A DNA stretch of 64,000 nucleotides from an uncultured Chloroflexia bacterium (GTDB lineage: Bacteria > Chloroflexota > Anaerolineae > CG2-30-64-16): NCBI GenBank assembly GCA_963810095.1, contig CAWEMM010000001.1, positions 1 to 64,000 of the forward strand. The letters run 5' to 3'. Shown piece by piece: positions 35,774 to 46,241 of this stretch (positions within the stretch are counted from its first letter, which is position 1; every line of letters starts with the position of its first letter). Under the pieces are notes generated by a model. It saw only the letters and a list, made by a program, of their open reading frames with translations. It did no database searches and was not told the origin of the DNA. Made by a program: the position numbers and the translations under genes.

Positions 35774-37054
35774 CTACCGGATCGCTTCCAGCCCGCCCAT
35801 GTAGGGCCGCAGCACCTCGGGCACGGTGATCGTGCCGTCCGCATTCTGATAGGTCTCGATCACCGCGATCATCACCCGGGGCAGTGCCAACCCCGACCCG
35901 TTCAAGGTGTGCACAAACTCCGGCTTCGCGCCCGGCTCCCGGCGGAACCGGATGTTCGCGCGGCGGGCCTGGAAGTCCGTGAAGAGACCACACGAGCTGA
36001 CCTCCAGCCACTCCTGGCAGCCGGGCGCCCACATCTCCACGTCGTACTTCTTCGCAGCAACGAAGCTCAGATCGCCCGTACACATCTCAATGATGCGATG
36101 CGGGATGCGGAGGCCGCGACAGATGTCCTCGGCATTGTCGACGAGCGAGTGCAGTTCGCGCACCGAATCCTCGGGCCTGGTAAACTTCACCATTTCGACC
36201 TTATCGAACTGGTGCCCGCGCTTTATGCCGCGGACGTCGCGGCCCGAGCTCATCTTCTCCCTGCGGAAACACGGCGTGTAAGCCACGTGCTTCACAGGCA
36301 GGCGCGCACCGTCCAGGATCTCGTCCCGGTATAAGTTCGTAACCGGCACTTCTGCCGTGGGAATCCACCAAAAGTCCTCCTCGACATCACGGTAGAGGTT
36401 CTCGCCAAACTTGGGCAGGTTGCCCGTGCCGACCAGGATTTCCTCCTTGACCATGTAAGGGGGATAGATTTCGGTGTAGCCCTGCTGCAGGGTGTGCACG
36501 TCCAGCATCCACGTGATCAGCGCCCGCTGCAGCCGCGCCCCCGCGCCTTTGAGCACGTAGAACCGGGTGCCGCTCAACTTCACACCCCTGTCGAAGTCGA
36601 TGATGTCCAGCGCAGTGCCAAGGTCCCAGTGCGCCCGGGGCTCGAAGTCGAATTGGCGCATCTCGCCTTCCTGGCGCACGACCACGTTCTCGCTGTCGTC
36701 CTTGCCCACCGGCACATCGGGCAGCGGCACGTTGGGGATGTTCAGCATGGCAGCGTTGAAGTTCCGCTCCACCAACGCGAGCTCTTCATCCAGGGCCTTA
36801 ATCTCGTCGCCGATCTCGGTCATGTGCGCCTGCAACTGCTGGCCTTCCGACTTGCGCCCCTCCCGCATCAACTGCCCGATCTGCTTCGAGCCGGCGTTCC
36901 GCTCGGCCCGGAGCACCTCGACGCGGGTGATGATCTCACGGCGTCGTGCGTCGAGCGTGAGCGCTTCCGTCACCGGCGCGTCGGTCGCACCGAGCGCCTG
37001 CATGGCAGCGAGCACCGCCTCCCCATTTTCCCGCATGTACTTGATATCTAGCAT
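35774..37054 (-). CDS. serS: Serine--tRNA ligase
   Basis: MLDIK, IPTAEVP, CFRRE, RGHQFDKVE, EVSSC and HTLNGSGLA motifs. Confidence 0.97.
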   Translation of the reverse strand: MLDIKYMRENGEAVLAAMQALGATDAPVTEALTLDARRREIITRVEVLRAERNAGSKQIGQLMREGRKSEGQQLQAHMTEIGDEIKALDEELALVERNFNAAMLNIPNVPLPDVPVGKDDSENVVVRQEGEMRQFDFEPRAHWDLGTALDIIDFDRGVKLSGTRFYVLKGAGARLQRALITWMLDVHTLQQGYTEIYPPYMVKEEILVGTGNLPKFGENLYRDVEEDFWWIPTAEVPVTNLYRDEILDGARLPVKHVAYTPCFRREKMSSGRDVRGIKRGHQFDKVEMVKFTRPEDSVRELHSLVDNAEDICRGLRIPHRIIEMCTGDLSFVAAKKYDVEMWAPGCQEWLEVSSCGLFTDFQARRANIRFRREPGAKPEFVHTLNGSGLALPRVMIAVIETYQNADGTITVPEVLRPYMGGLEAIR

Positions 37055-37095
37055 GTCCTCATCCTCCTGCCCTGCGAAGCATCGCCGCGCTCGGG

Positions 37096-37378
37096 CAACA
37101 AAAAACGCCCCCGCCTGACCAACCATGACGGTCATACCGTCGTGGTCAGCCAGGGACGAGGGGCGCCTCGTGGTGCCACCCTGGTTCGCCGCTGCGTGTA
37201 TGGCAGCAGCCTCAAGGATCCGCTAACGGGGATCAGGCGATGATCCATACTGGCGAACAGGTCGCGTTCAGGATCACAGCTCGGGAGTGGATTTCGACGC
37301 GCTTACCCACTGCCTCGCACCGACCGGCAGCTCTCTGATGGAATCGCGCGCCTACTTGTCTCCGTCGGCGCTTTATCG
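37096..37378 (-). ncRNA. T-box riboswitch leader (Ser, UCC specifier) with terminator
   Basis: Minus strand: AGTA, AGAGAG and GGTGCGA boxes; specifier GAAA-TCC-A (37289-37291); T-box AACCAGGGTGGCACCACG; long hairpin plus TTTTTT. Confidence 0.92.
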
Positions 37379-37386
37379 ACGCAGCC

Positions 37387-37415
37387 AGTATAGTCTCTGC
37401 TGCAGCGCGTGTCAA
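37387..37415 (-). promoter_or_regulatory. Sigma70 promoter of T-box-serS
   Basis: Minus strand TTGACA-17-TATACT. Confidence 0.85.
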
Positions 37416-37537
37416 AAGCCGGGCGACCTAAGAACACTTCGGGAGGAGCCGCAGAACGTATCTTGACTGGCTTATGCACGTCATCAACATCGAGCGTATT
37501 GCACACGGCTTGCCAATGCGGCGACAAGGCTAGCCCG

Positions 37538-37546
37538 TGCTATAAT
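37538..37546 (+). promoter_or_regulatory. Extended -10 promoter candidate for the glycan locus
   Basis: TGCTATAAT about 300 nt upstream of the first gene. Confidence 0.5.
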
Positions 37547-37842
37547 GTGATCTATAGAACGCTTGCCTCGGCGCTCTTCCACGGAAGAGGTTCGGGGTGC
37601 CGCATCGGCGCCTGAAATTGCGAACGTAACAGAACAGAGCTATAGTTTATTACACCAAACGACCTAGACACTCGGCGCTTGCCCACCTGGTTGCATAAGA
37701 CCACCCGTAGCCTGACCCTTCGCTCGCCGTTGAAGCAACTGCTCCGGCGAACCCTATACCTGGTTGCCTTGCCCTGCGGCCACACTGCACGGGGCATGGC
37801 GGCGCTTACGCCGGAACGCTGCACGTTGCGGGGCTCGCAGCA

Positions 37843-38598
37843 GTGAGCAGAAAGCCGTCCGGGCGGGCAGCGGGAGGGCTCGGCACGTATATTGCGCGCC
37901 AGGCGACCAGCCCCTTGCGATACCTGCTCGAGCAGACCGTCATGACCCTCTTCGGCTGGGTTCCAACGGTCGTCGGTATCGGACTCCGGGCGGTGATCTA
38001 CCGGGCCATCCTTCGCATGGATGGGCCGGCGGCCATCGAGAACCGGGTGCGGCTGCGGTTCGCCGGCCTGATCCGCTTGGGCCGTCACGTGTACCTCGAC
38101 CAGGGTGTCTACCTCCATGCCTGCCCCGATGGCATCACGATTGGGGATCGTTCGCTGGTGATGCACGGGTCTATCCTGCACGTTTACAACTTCCGTGGGC
38201 TACCGCACGCCTTCATTCGCATCGGCTGCGACTCCCTTATCGGCGAGATGAACGTGCTGCGAGGCCAAGGGGGCATTACGATTGGCGACCGCGTCTATAC
38301 TGCCCCGTTGGTGCAGATGCTCGCGGTCAACCATGTTGCCGACGACCCGAGAGGTCCCATTATTGACCAGGGCATCACTGCCGAAGGAATCATAGTCGAA
38401 GACGACGCGTGGATCGGCGCAGGAGCCATCATCACCGACGGCGTGCGGATCGGCAAAGGCGCGGTCGTGGCCGCCGGCGCGGTGGTGACGGGTGATGTAC
38501 CCGCACACACAGTCGTCGGCGGCATCCCGGCAAAGGTGATCCGCGAAATTGATGGAAGCGTCCGCGACCGGCCCGCTACCCGCAAGGTGTACTTCTAG
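37843..38598 (+). CDS. Hexapeptide-repeat (LbH) acyltransferase
   Basis: [31 protein letters not shown] repeats; GGIPAKVI. Confidence 0.9.
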   Translation: MSRKPSGRAAGGLGTYIARQATSPLRYLLEQTVMTLFGWVPTVVGIGLRAVIYRAILRMDGPAAIENRVRLRFAGLIRLGRHVYLDQGVYLHACPDGITIGDRSLVMHGSILHVYNFRGLPHAFIRIGCDSLIGEMNVLRGQGGITIGDRVYTAPLVQMLAVNHVADDPRGPIIDQGITAEGIIVEDDAWIGAGAIITDGVRIGKGAVVAAGAVVTGDVPAHTVVGGIPAKVIREIDGSVRDRPATRKVYF

Positions 38599-38613
38599 CC
38601 AGGGAAACCCCGC

Positions 38614-39884
38614 ATGCCCACACTCTCCGTAGTCATTCCGGCCTATAACGAGGAAGACAGCATCGCGGCGGTTGCGCGCCGGGTGCTCGAAGCCCGCGAG
38701 CCGCTCCGAGCGACCGGCGTCGACGGCCTCGAGTTGATCGTGGTCGACGACGGCTCGCGCGACCGCACCCGGGAAATCGTGCGCGGCCTGCCCGGCGTGC
38801 GGCTGCTGTGCCACACGGTCAACGGCGGCTACGGTGCCGCGCTCAAAACCGGCTTTGCCGCGGCGTCCGGCGAGTGGATCGGTTTCCTCGACGCGGACGG
38901 GACGTATCCACCAGAGTATTTTCCCGAGCTCTGTCGTGTGGCACTCAGCCAGGACGCGGATGTCGTCATCGGGTCACGCATGGCGGGCGCAGCGAGCGAG
39001 ATGCCGGCCACGCGGCGGCTGGGCAACTTCATCTTCGCCCATCTGGTCAGCCTCGTCAGCGCGGAGCGGATCACCGACTCGGCCAGCGGCATGCGGGTCT
39101 TTAAGAAGAGCGTCCTCGCCCGGATGTATCCCCTGCCCGACGGACTCAACCTCACGCCGGTGATGAGCACCCGTGCGCTGCACGAAGGGCTCCGGATGGT
39201 GGAGACGCCAATTCCCTACAGCGAGCGGCAGGGGCGCTCCAAGCTCAGCGTGGTGCGGGACGGGCTTCGCTTCGCCGGCTCGATTATCTGGACGGCGCTG
39301 ACCTACAACCCGGTCCGCCTGCTCGGCATTGCCGGCGCGCTGGCGCTCCTGGTCGCCGGGCTGATCGGTGCACTGTTCGTCCTCGCGCGGCTCCAAGGGG
39401 TGACCGAGCTCGGCCCGCTCGGGGTGTTCGCGCTGTTCGCGGCCGTCGTGTCTGGCCGTGGCAGGCGTCAGCATCTTTACCTTGGGGGCAAGTTTCAACT
39501 ACCTGGTGGCCCTGTTCTACAAGCGGCCAATCCGCCAGGGCATCTTCGGCCGGCCCCTGTTCAAGCGGCCGCTGGAGCGCCATTTCGGCTGGCTCGGCCT
39601 GCTCGCAATGCTTGTCGCCACGCTGCTGGGCATCGGAAGCCTCGTCCTTGGCTTGAACGGCTGGCCGCAGACACGTCTCTGGTTCTGGGAGCTGCTCTGT
39701 GCGGCGACGCTGCTGATCGGGCTGCAGTTGGTGGTCTCGTGGTTTATGATGCGGGCGCTGGCCGAAGCTTAACCAGCGCGAGGTGCGCGTGACGGACGAC
39801 CTGGCAGGCAGCGAGGTCACGGCCGATGCCGACGCTGCCAGAAACCCCGCTTTTCGAAGCAACCAGGTTTCGCTTGGTTCCTGA
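38614..39884 (+). CDS. GT2 polyprenol-phosphate glycosyltransferase (DPM-synthase-like) with TM tail; indels near 39451 and 39766
   Basis: [40 protein letters not shown] and [10 protein letters not shown] motifs. Confidence 0.85.
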
Positions 39885-41526
39885 GTGTCATTAGTGAGTG
39901 ATCTGAACGAGTTGGCTCCCGAGTTACGGGCGAACCTGGGTACCAGGCGAGTGCCGCCGCTTCCCCTTGCCCGCTTCCCCGACGCGGGTGCGGTCGTCGC
40001 GACGCTCGATTCGTCGACCCGGCCCCCGGGGAGCGTCGACGTGCTGCTTGTCAACCCACCCACGCCGGACGGCGGCATTTGGATCCGTTCGCAGCACCGG
40101 GTGGGCCGCCGCAGCCGCGAGAACATGATCTGGCCGCAGGTAGACCTGGCGCAGATGGCCGCCCTGCTGCTGCCTCATTATGCCGTCGAAATCGTCGATT
40201 GCGTCGCGCTTCGCATGGCTTGGCCAGAATTCGAAAAGCTGCTGGAGGCGAAACGTCCCAGGTTTTACGTGACACAGGTGACGGCCCCCTCGCTGCGCAA
40301 CGACATGTACGGCGTGTTTCTCGCGCGGTCGCTCGGCGCACGGACGGTCGCGTTCGGCACCCATGTCACACCGCTGACGCTGGAAACGATGCGCCCCTTC
40401 CCTGCGTTGGACTTCATCCTGCGCGGGGAGCCGGAATACACCTTGCGCGAACTGGTGGATGCGCTTGTTGGCAAACGTGGCGCAGGTCGAGCTAATTGGC
40501 CTGAGCCTCGTTGGATCGATCCACGAGGCTCAGGCCAATTCGTCAGATCCGTTCGATCTGCGTTCTATTCGCGGCCTGGCCTGGCGCGCCGCTGGGGAGA
40601 TCGTCATCAACCCCGATCGGCCCTTCATCCCGTCGCTGGACGAACTGCCGATGCCCCGGCACGACCTGCTGCCGCTGCAGAAGCAGCGGATGCCGATGAT
40701 CAAGGGGCCATTTACCTTCATTGTCACAAGCCGGGGCTGCCCCGCGGGGTGCAAGTACTGCATCAAGCACGTCAGCTACCAGACCAGCGTGCGCCTGCGC
40801 TCGCCGCAGCTCATCTTCGAGGAACTGCAGCTTCTCGACAAGCTGGGCGTGCATCACGTCCACATGTACGCCGACCTCTTTACCGTCAACCGGGCGCAGG
40901 TCGTCGACCTGTGCCGTCTCATCGTTGACTCGGGGCTGAAGGTGAAGTGGACGTGCAACAGCCGGGTGGACTACGTCGACGAGGAGATGCTGCAGCTGAT
41001 GGGCAAGGCCGGCTGTTGGTATATCTCCTGGGGCATCGAGAGCGCCAACGAGCAGATCCTGAAGGCCGCCCGGAAGGGCTACCGGAAGGAGCAGGCCCTC
41101 AGGGCGCTCCGCTGGGCGAAGGCCGCAGGCATCAACAACTGGGGCTTCTTCATCATTGGTCTGCCCGGCGAGACCGAAACCACGATTCGGGAGACTATTG
41201 ACTACGCGAAGGCACTGCCTCTCGACATTGCGCTCTTCCACATCGCCGCCCCATACCCTGGAACGCCCTTCTTCTACGAGGTGGCAGAGAACCAGTGGTT
41301 CCGGCCCGGCACTAAGTGGGAAGAGGTCGACATGGACCAGTCGACCGTGCTCGACTACCCCGGGCTCTCTGCCGAGCGGCTGGAATACTGGCAGAAGCGC
41401 GCCACCCGCGAGTGGTCGATGCGGCCGGGCCCCATGCTGACGTTCCTCAGAGGCATGAACAGCTGGGAAGGGTTCAAGTCGGCCCTGAGTGTCGGGATGC
41501 AGACACTGAAGTTCGTGCGGAGTTGA
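39885..41526 (+). CDS. B12-binding-domain radical SAM protein (HpnJ-like); one extra base near 40511
   Basis: LLVNPP, FGTHVT and GEPE, then SRGCPAGCKYC (CxxxCxxC), WGIESA and FIIGLPGET. Confidence 0.88.
40474..40569. repeat. Family A element inside the radical SAM CDS (copy 4)
   Basis: Left arm AACGTGGCGCAGGTCGAGCTAATTGGCCTGA and right arm TCGTCAGATCCGTTCGATCTGCGTTCTATT align with copy 2; same length class. Confidence 0.75.
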
Positions 41527-43409
41527 GCGTGGAGGAGCAGGCGGGCCCGCTCGCTGCTGGTCGACCTGGCTTGTGCGCTGCTCGCAGGGGCACTATGGTA
41601 CGTGCGGCCAGAGTTGGGACCGTGGCCGCTGCTGCTGATTCTGGTGGGCCTGGTCGTGCGGCACCTCGTCGAGCCCCGCCCCGTCTTTGAGCTATCCGGC
41701 TTTGACCTTGCGATTGGCCTGTTCGCCCTCTCAGCGTTCGTCGGGCTGTTGATCGCGTACCACTGGGACGCCGCGCTGGCTAAGTTCTGGCTAATCGCCG
41801 GCGGCATCGGACTGTACGGAGCGATCGCACGCGCACCTGCGACGGTCAGGCTCGGCCGCCGCGAGGTCGCGCCGGTTACCGCGCTGACTTGCCGTACTAC
41901 CCTCCGCCCTCGGCGCTTACTTCATCCTTACGGCCGACTACGGGCTGGTCGACGGCAAACTGCCTCTGTTCGACGGCCTCTATCGCTGGCTGGCGGCTGC
42001 GCTGCCCCGGGTGCCGGTGGAAGGGCTACATCCCAATGTCGCCGGCGGGATCATTGCAGTGCTGCTGCCGCTGCAGTTTATCGCGCTGTGGGGCCGGAAA
42101 GAAAGGTACGTGCTGCTGCCCGTCTCGGCCGCGGCGCTGCTCCTGTCGGCGTCCCGCGGCGCCTGGCTGGCGTTGGCCGCGATCGGGACGGCATGGTTCA
42201 TCATCGCGGCCGCTCGTTCGCGCCGGCGCGTGCTCGAGGCCGCCGCGGCCGCCACAGCGATTGCGCTGCTCATCCTCGCGGTGCTGATTGTGCCCACCAT
42301 CCTCGCGCAAGGCAACCAGCCTGGCCCCGGGCCGGCCGGTGCAGCGCCAGCCGCCGCGACAAGCACCACATACGACTCTGCCCGCGCCAGCGACGCCCTG
42401 CCTGCCGCTCCGGCCCCCGCGCCGTCGACGGCGGAGGGCCGGGCGACCTTGTTCGGGAATGCCTTGGGCCTGGCCTGGGACTACGCGCTCACGGGTCTGG
42501 GGCTGGAGGGCTTCCAGATGGCCTTCTCCAGCTACGTGCTGCTGCTTCACGTGGGACACACGAACCACGCGCACAACATCTTTCTGGACGTGTGGCTGGG
42601 CCAGGGGTTGCTGGGTCTCGGCTCGCTGATCTGGTTGCTGGCTACGGCCGTGATCGCTCTGCGCCGCATTCTGCAGCTGGGCGATCAGGACGGCCGGGCG
42701 TGGGCGCTGGCTGCGGCGGCCTCAGTTGCGGTCATGGTGCTGCACGGCCTGGTCGACGACGCCTTTTACGCCACCCGGGGCATCCTGTTCATGTTCCTCC
42801 CCTTTGCCGTCCTTGCAAGGGAGCAAGCCGTGGCGCTGTGGCAGGACGAAAACCCGCCCGCCAGGTTCTCCGATTTCCTCACCGGCAAGGGTGGGCTGCG
42901 GACGGCCATCGTGCTGACGCTCGCCATGCTGATTGCCCTGCTCCCACCCATCCGCAGCCAGATTCAGGCCAATCTGGGGGCGCTGGCCCAGACGCGCGCC
43001 GAGCTGTCGATCTACGAGTGGCCGAAGTGGCCGGTACAAGACGAACTGCGCCGGTCGCCCGAAGTGGAACTGGACCGCCGCCGTGGCCCGTTATCAGAGA
43101 GCCCTGGCGCTCGACGGAGCGAACGCGACCGCAAACCGCAGGCTCGGCCAGGTTGCCTTCTCGCGCGGCGACTATGCCAACGCGGGCCGGCTGCTCGCCA
43201 CTGCATACCGCAGTGGCTACACGAATCGAGCAACGCGGGAGCTCTACGGCGAGTGGTTGGCGATCAATGGCCGCCCGCAAGAAGCGGCCGCGCTGTGGCG
43301 GACGATCGACATGAGCAATGGACAGTTGGCCGGACGCACCTGGTGGTTTGAACACATCGGAAGACCGGAGTTCGCGGCCGCGCTGCGGCTGGCCGAGTCC
43401 ATGCGCTAG
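41523..43409 (+). CDS. O-antigen ligase / O-oligosaccharyltransferase-like membrane protein with TPR-like tail; several indels
   Basis: HPNVAGG, LLSASRGAWLA, TGLGL..F, HAHNIFLDVW..QGLLG and HGLVD motifs. Confidence 0.75.
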
Positions 43410-43436
43410 GATCGATAGGAAGTAACGGAGGAAACC

Positions 43437-44365
43437 GTGGCAGAAACAGCCCTCGTAACCGGTGGCGCCGGCTTCATCGGATCGCATATCGTGGATGCGC
43501 TGCTGCGCGAGGGTTACCACGTCGCGGTGATCGACAATCTCTCGACCGGCAAGCGCGAGAACCTCAACCCCCGAGCGGTTCTACGAGGTGGACATCCGGG
43601 ACGCAGCGGCGGTGGACAAGGTCTTCGCTGCGGGAGCACCCAGCGCTGGTGTCGCACCAGGCCGCGCAGGCCGACGTGCGGGCCAGCCTGGTCGATCCGG
43701 CCGGCTACGCACAGACCAACATCGTCGGAACGCTCAACCTGCTGCAGGCGGCGAGGGCGGCGGGCACGCGGAAGTTCCTGCTCGCGTCGACCGGCGGCGC
43801 TGTGTACGGTAACCCCGAGGAACTCCCTGCGACCGAGCGCTGCCCCGCGCACCCGCTGGACCCGTACGGAACGAGCAAGCTGGCGTGCGAGTACTACCTC
43901 TTCACTTACAAGCACAATTTCGGGCTCGACTACTGCGTGCTGCGTTATGCCAACGTCTATGGCCCGCGGCAAAACGCGGACGGCGAGGCCGGGGTGGTCG
44001 CGATTTTTGCCAAGGGGATGCTGTCGGGCCGGCCGCTGACGATCTGGGGCGACGGGCGTCAAAGCCGGGACTTCGTCTACGTCGCGGACGTGGCAGCGGC
44101 GAATGTGGCCGCGGCAAAGCTCGGCAGCGGAATCTATAACATCGGCACGGGGCTGCCGACCGATATCGTGACGCTTGCCCACCAACTGGCCCGGATCACT
44201 GGCTACACGCAAGAGATCCAACATGGTCCTGCGAAGCAAGGCGAAGTGCGACACACCTACCTGGATTCGCACAAGGCCCGGCACGAGCTGGGCTGGGAGC
44301 CCGCGGTGGGGATGCAAGAGGGTCTGGAGCGGACGGTAGCATCGTTCAACGGGGCGGGCGTATGA
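43437..44365 (+). CDS. NAD-dependent UDP-glucose 4-epimerase-like protein; indels near 43580-43645
   Basis: [25 protein letters not shown] and [10 protein letters not shown] motifs. Confidence 0.87.
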
Positions 44366-45327
44366 GGTACCTGATCACCGGCGGCGCGGGCTTCATCGGT
44401 TCGCACCTGTGCGAGTTGCTGTTGGGACAGGGGCACCGGGTTGTCGCGATCGACGACGAGTCGACCGGCCGGGTCGCCAATATCCAGCACCTCCGCCCGC
44501 TGCCCCACTTTCAGTTCGTGCGCGAGAACATCAACAACGCGCAGGTGCTCGACCGGCTGACGAGCGAGGCGGACGTTGTCGTGCACCTGGCCGCGGCCGT
44601 GGGCGTTCAGTTGATCGTGAACGACCCGGTTCACACGATCCGCACGAACATCATGGGGACCGAGTCCGTGCTGGCGGCGGCCCACCGTTACAGCTGCCGC
44701 GTGATCGTGGCGTCCACGTCGGAGGTGTACGGCAAAGGCGTGCGGGTGCCGTTCAGAGAAGACGACGACCGGCTGATGGGGCCGACGATCCGCAGCCGGT
44801 GGGCCTACGCGGAATCGAAGGCGGTGGACGAGTTCCTGTCGCTGGCCTATCACCACCAGTACGGCCTGCCGGTGATCATCACGCGCTTCTTCAACACCGT
44901 TGGGCCCCGGCAGACCGGGCGCTATGGCATGGTCGTGCCGCGTTTTGTGCGCCAGGCGCTGCTGGGCGAACCGCTCGAGGTGTATGGCGATGGGAAGCAG
45001 ACTCGTTGCTTCGGCGACGTGGCCGACGTGGTGCGTGCTGTGGCCGCGCTGGCCGAGCAGCCTGCGGCGATCGGCCAGGTGTTCAATGTAGGCAACACGG
45101 AGGAAATCTCGATTCGCGGCCTGGCGGAGCGGGTGCTTGAACTGACGCAATCGAGCTCAGAGATCAGGACGGTGCCCTATGACGAGGCGTATGGCCCCGG
45201 CTTCGAAGACATGCAGCGTCGGGTGCCGAGCATCGAAAAGCTGCACAAGCTGATCGGATACATCCCGCGCTGCACGTTGGACGACACGCTGCGGCGCGTG
45301 ATCGAGTACGAGCGGGAGCGCATTTGA
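44362..45327 (+). CDS. NAD-dependent nucleotide-sugar epimerase/dehydratase
   Basis: [25 protein letters not shown] and RFFNTVGPRQ motifs. Confidence 0.92.
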   Translation: MRYLITGGAGFIGSHLCELLLGQGHRVVAIDDESTGRVANIQHLRPLPHFQFVRENINNAQVLDRLTSEADVVVHLAAAVGVQLIVNDPVHTIRTNIMGTESVLAAAHRYSCRVIVASTSEVYGKGVRVPFREDDDRLMGPTIRSRWAYAESKAVDEFLSLAYHHQYGLPVIITRFFNTVGPRQTGRYGMVVPRFVRQALLGEPLEVYGDGKQTRCFGDVADVVRAVAALAEQPAAIGQVFNVGNTEEISIRGLAERVLELTQSSSEIRTVPYDEAYGPGFEDMQRRVPSIEKLHKLIGYIPRCTLDDTLRRVIEYERERI

Positions 45328-46226
45328 GCCTGCCAATAGCCGAGGGCCTGGGCGACCAGGTCCCAGCCTCCCCGCCACGCACGGGTGAGCCGGCGGCTGG
45401 TGTTACCGTAATCGAACCGACCCGCGGCCTGGCGGCGCTGCAGCTCCGGGCGCTCTGGGAGTACCGCGAGCTGCTCCTATTCCTCGCCTGGCGTGACGTG
45501 AAAGTGCGCTATAAGCAAACCGCGCTCGGCGTGACCTGGATCGTGCTGCAGCCGGTGCTTAGCACGGTGGTCTTCACGCTGATTTTCGGCGTGCTGCTGC
45601 AGGTCCCGTCGAACGGCGCGCCGTACGCGCTGTTCTCGCTTGCGGCCCTGGTGCCTTGGCAGTACTTCGCGGGGAGCATGAGCCGGGTCGGCGGGAGCCT
45701 GGTGAACAGTTCCAACCTGATCACCAAGGTGTACTTCCCGCGGCTGATCATCCCGCTGACGGGCGTGATCTCGACGCTCGTCGACTTTGCCATCGGGTTC
45801 GTCGTGCTGCTGGTGCTGATCTTCGCCTACCGGGTGCCGCTGACCGCGCAGGTTGTCTGGCTGCCGTTGTTTCTGGTGTTGGCGATCGTGACCGCGCTTG
45901 GCTTCGGCCTGTGGCTGGCCGCGTTGAACGTGAAGTACCGGGACGTCAACTACCTGATTCCCTTCCTGCTGCAGCTGTGGATGTATGCCACGCCCGTCGT
46001 GTACGGTGCGACGGTGATCCCCGAGCGATTGCGTTGGGTGATGGCGCTAAACCCGATGACGGGCGTGGTCGAGGGGTTCCGGTGGTGCCTGCTCGGGGGC
46101 GTGCTAGTCGAGACCGCGCCGCCGGGGCCGCTGACGCTGGCCACCGCGGCGATCTCGCTGGTGGTGCTGGTGACGGGCATCGTCTTCTTCCGGTCGACGG
46201 AGAAGACGTTTGCGGACGTGATCTAG
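45324..46226 (+). CDS. wzm: ABC-2 glycan exporter permease
   Basis: RDVKVRYKQTALG, KVYFPR, YRDV and LNPM motifs. Confidence 0.92.
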   Translation: MSLPIAEGLGDQVPASPPRTGEPAAGVTVIEPTRGLAALQLRALWEYRELLLFLAWRDVKVRYKQTALGVTWIVLQPVLSTVVFTLIFGVLLQVPSNGAPYALFSLAALVPWQYFAGSMSRVGGSLVNSSNLITKVYFPRLIIPLTGVISTLVDFAIGFVVLLVLIFAYRVPLTAQVVWLPLFLVLAIVTALGFGLWLAALNVKYRDVNYLIPFLLQLWMYATPVVYGATVIPERLRWVMALNPMTGVVEGFRWCLLGGVLVETAPPGPLTLATAAISLVVLVTGIVFFRSTEKTFADVI

Positions 46227-46241
46227 TGCGAGTTTCGTTCG

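Noticed and set aside
37547-37842. ~300-nt leader of the glycan locus as an ops/JUMPstart element or riboswitch
   Set aside because: No GGCGGTAG ops motif or recognisable aptamer was seen.
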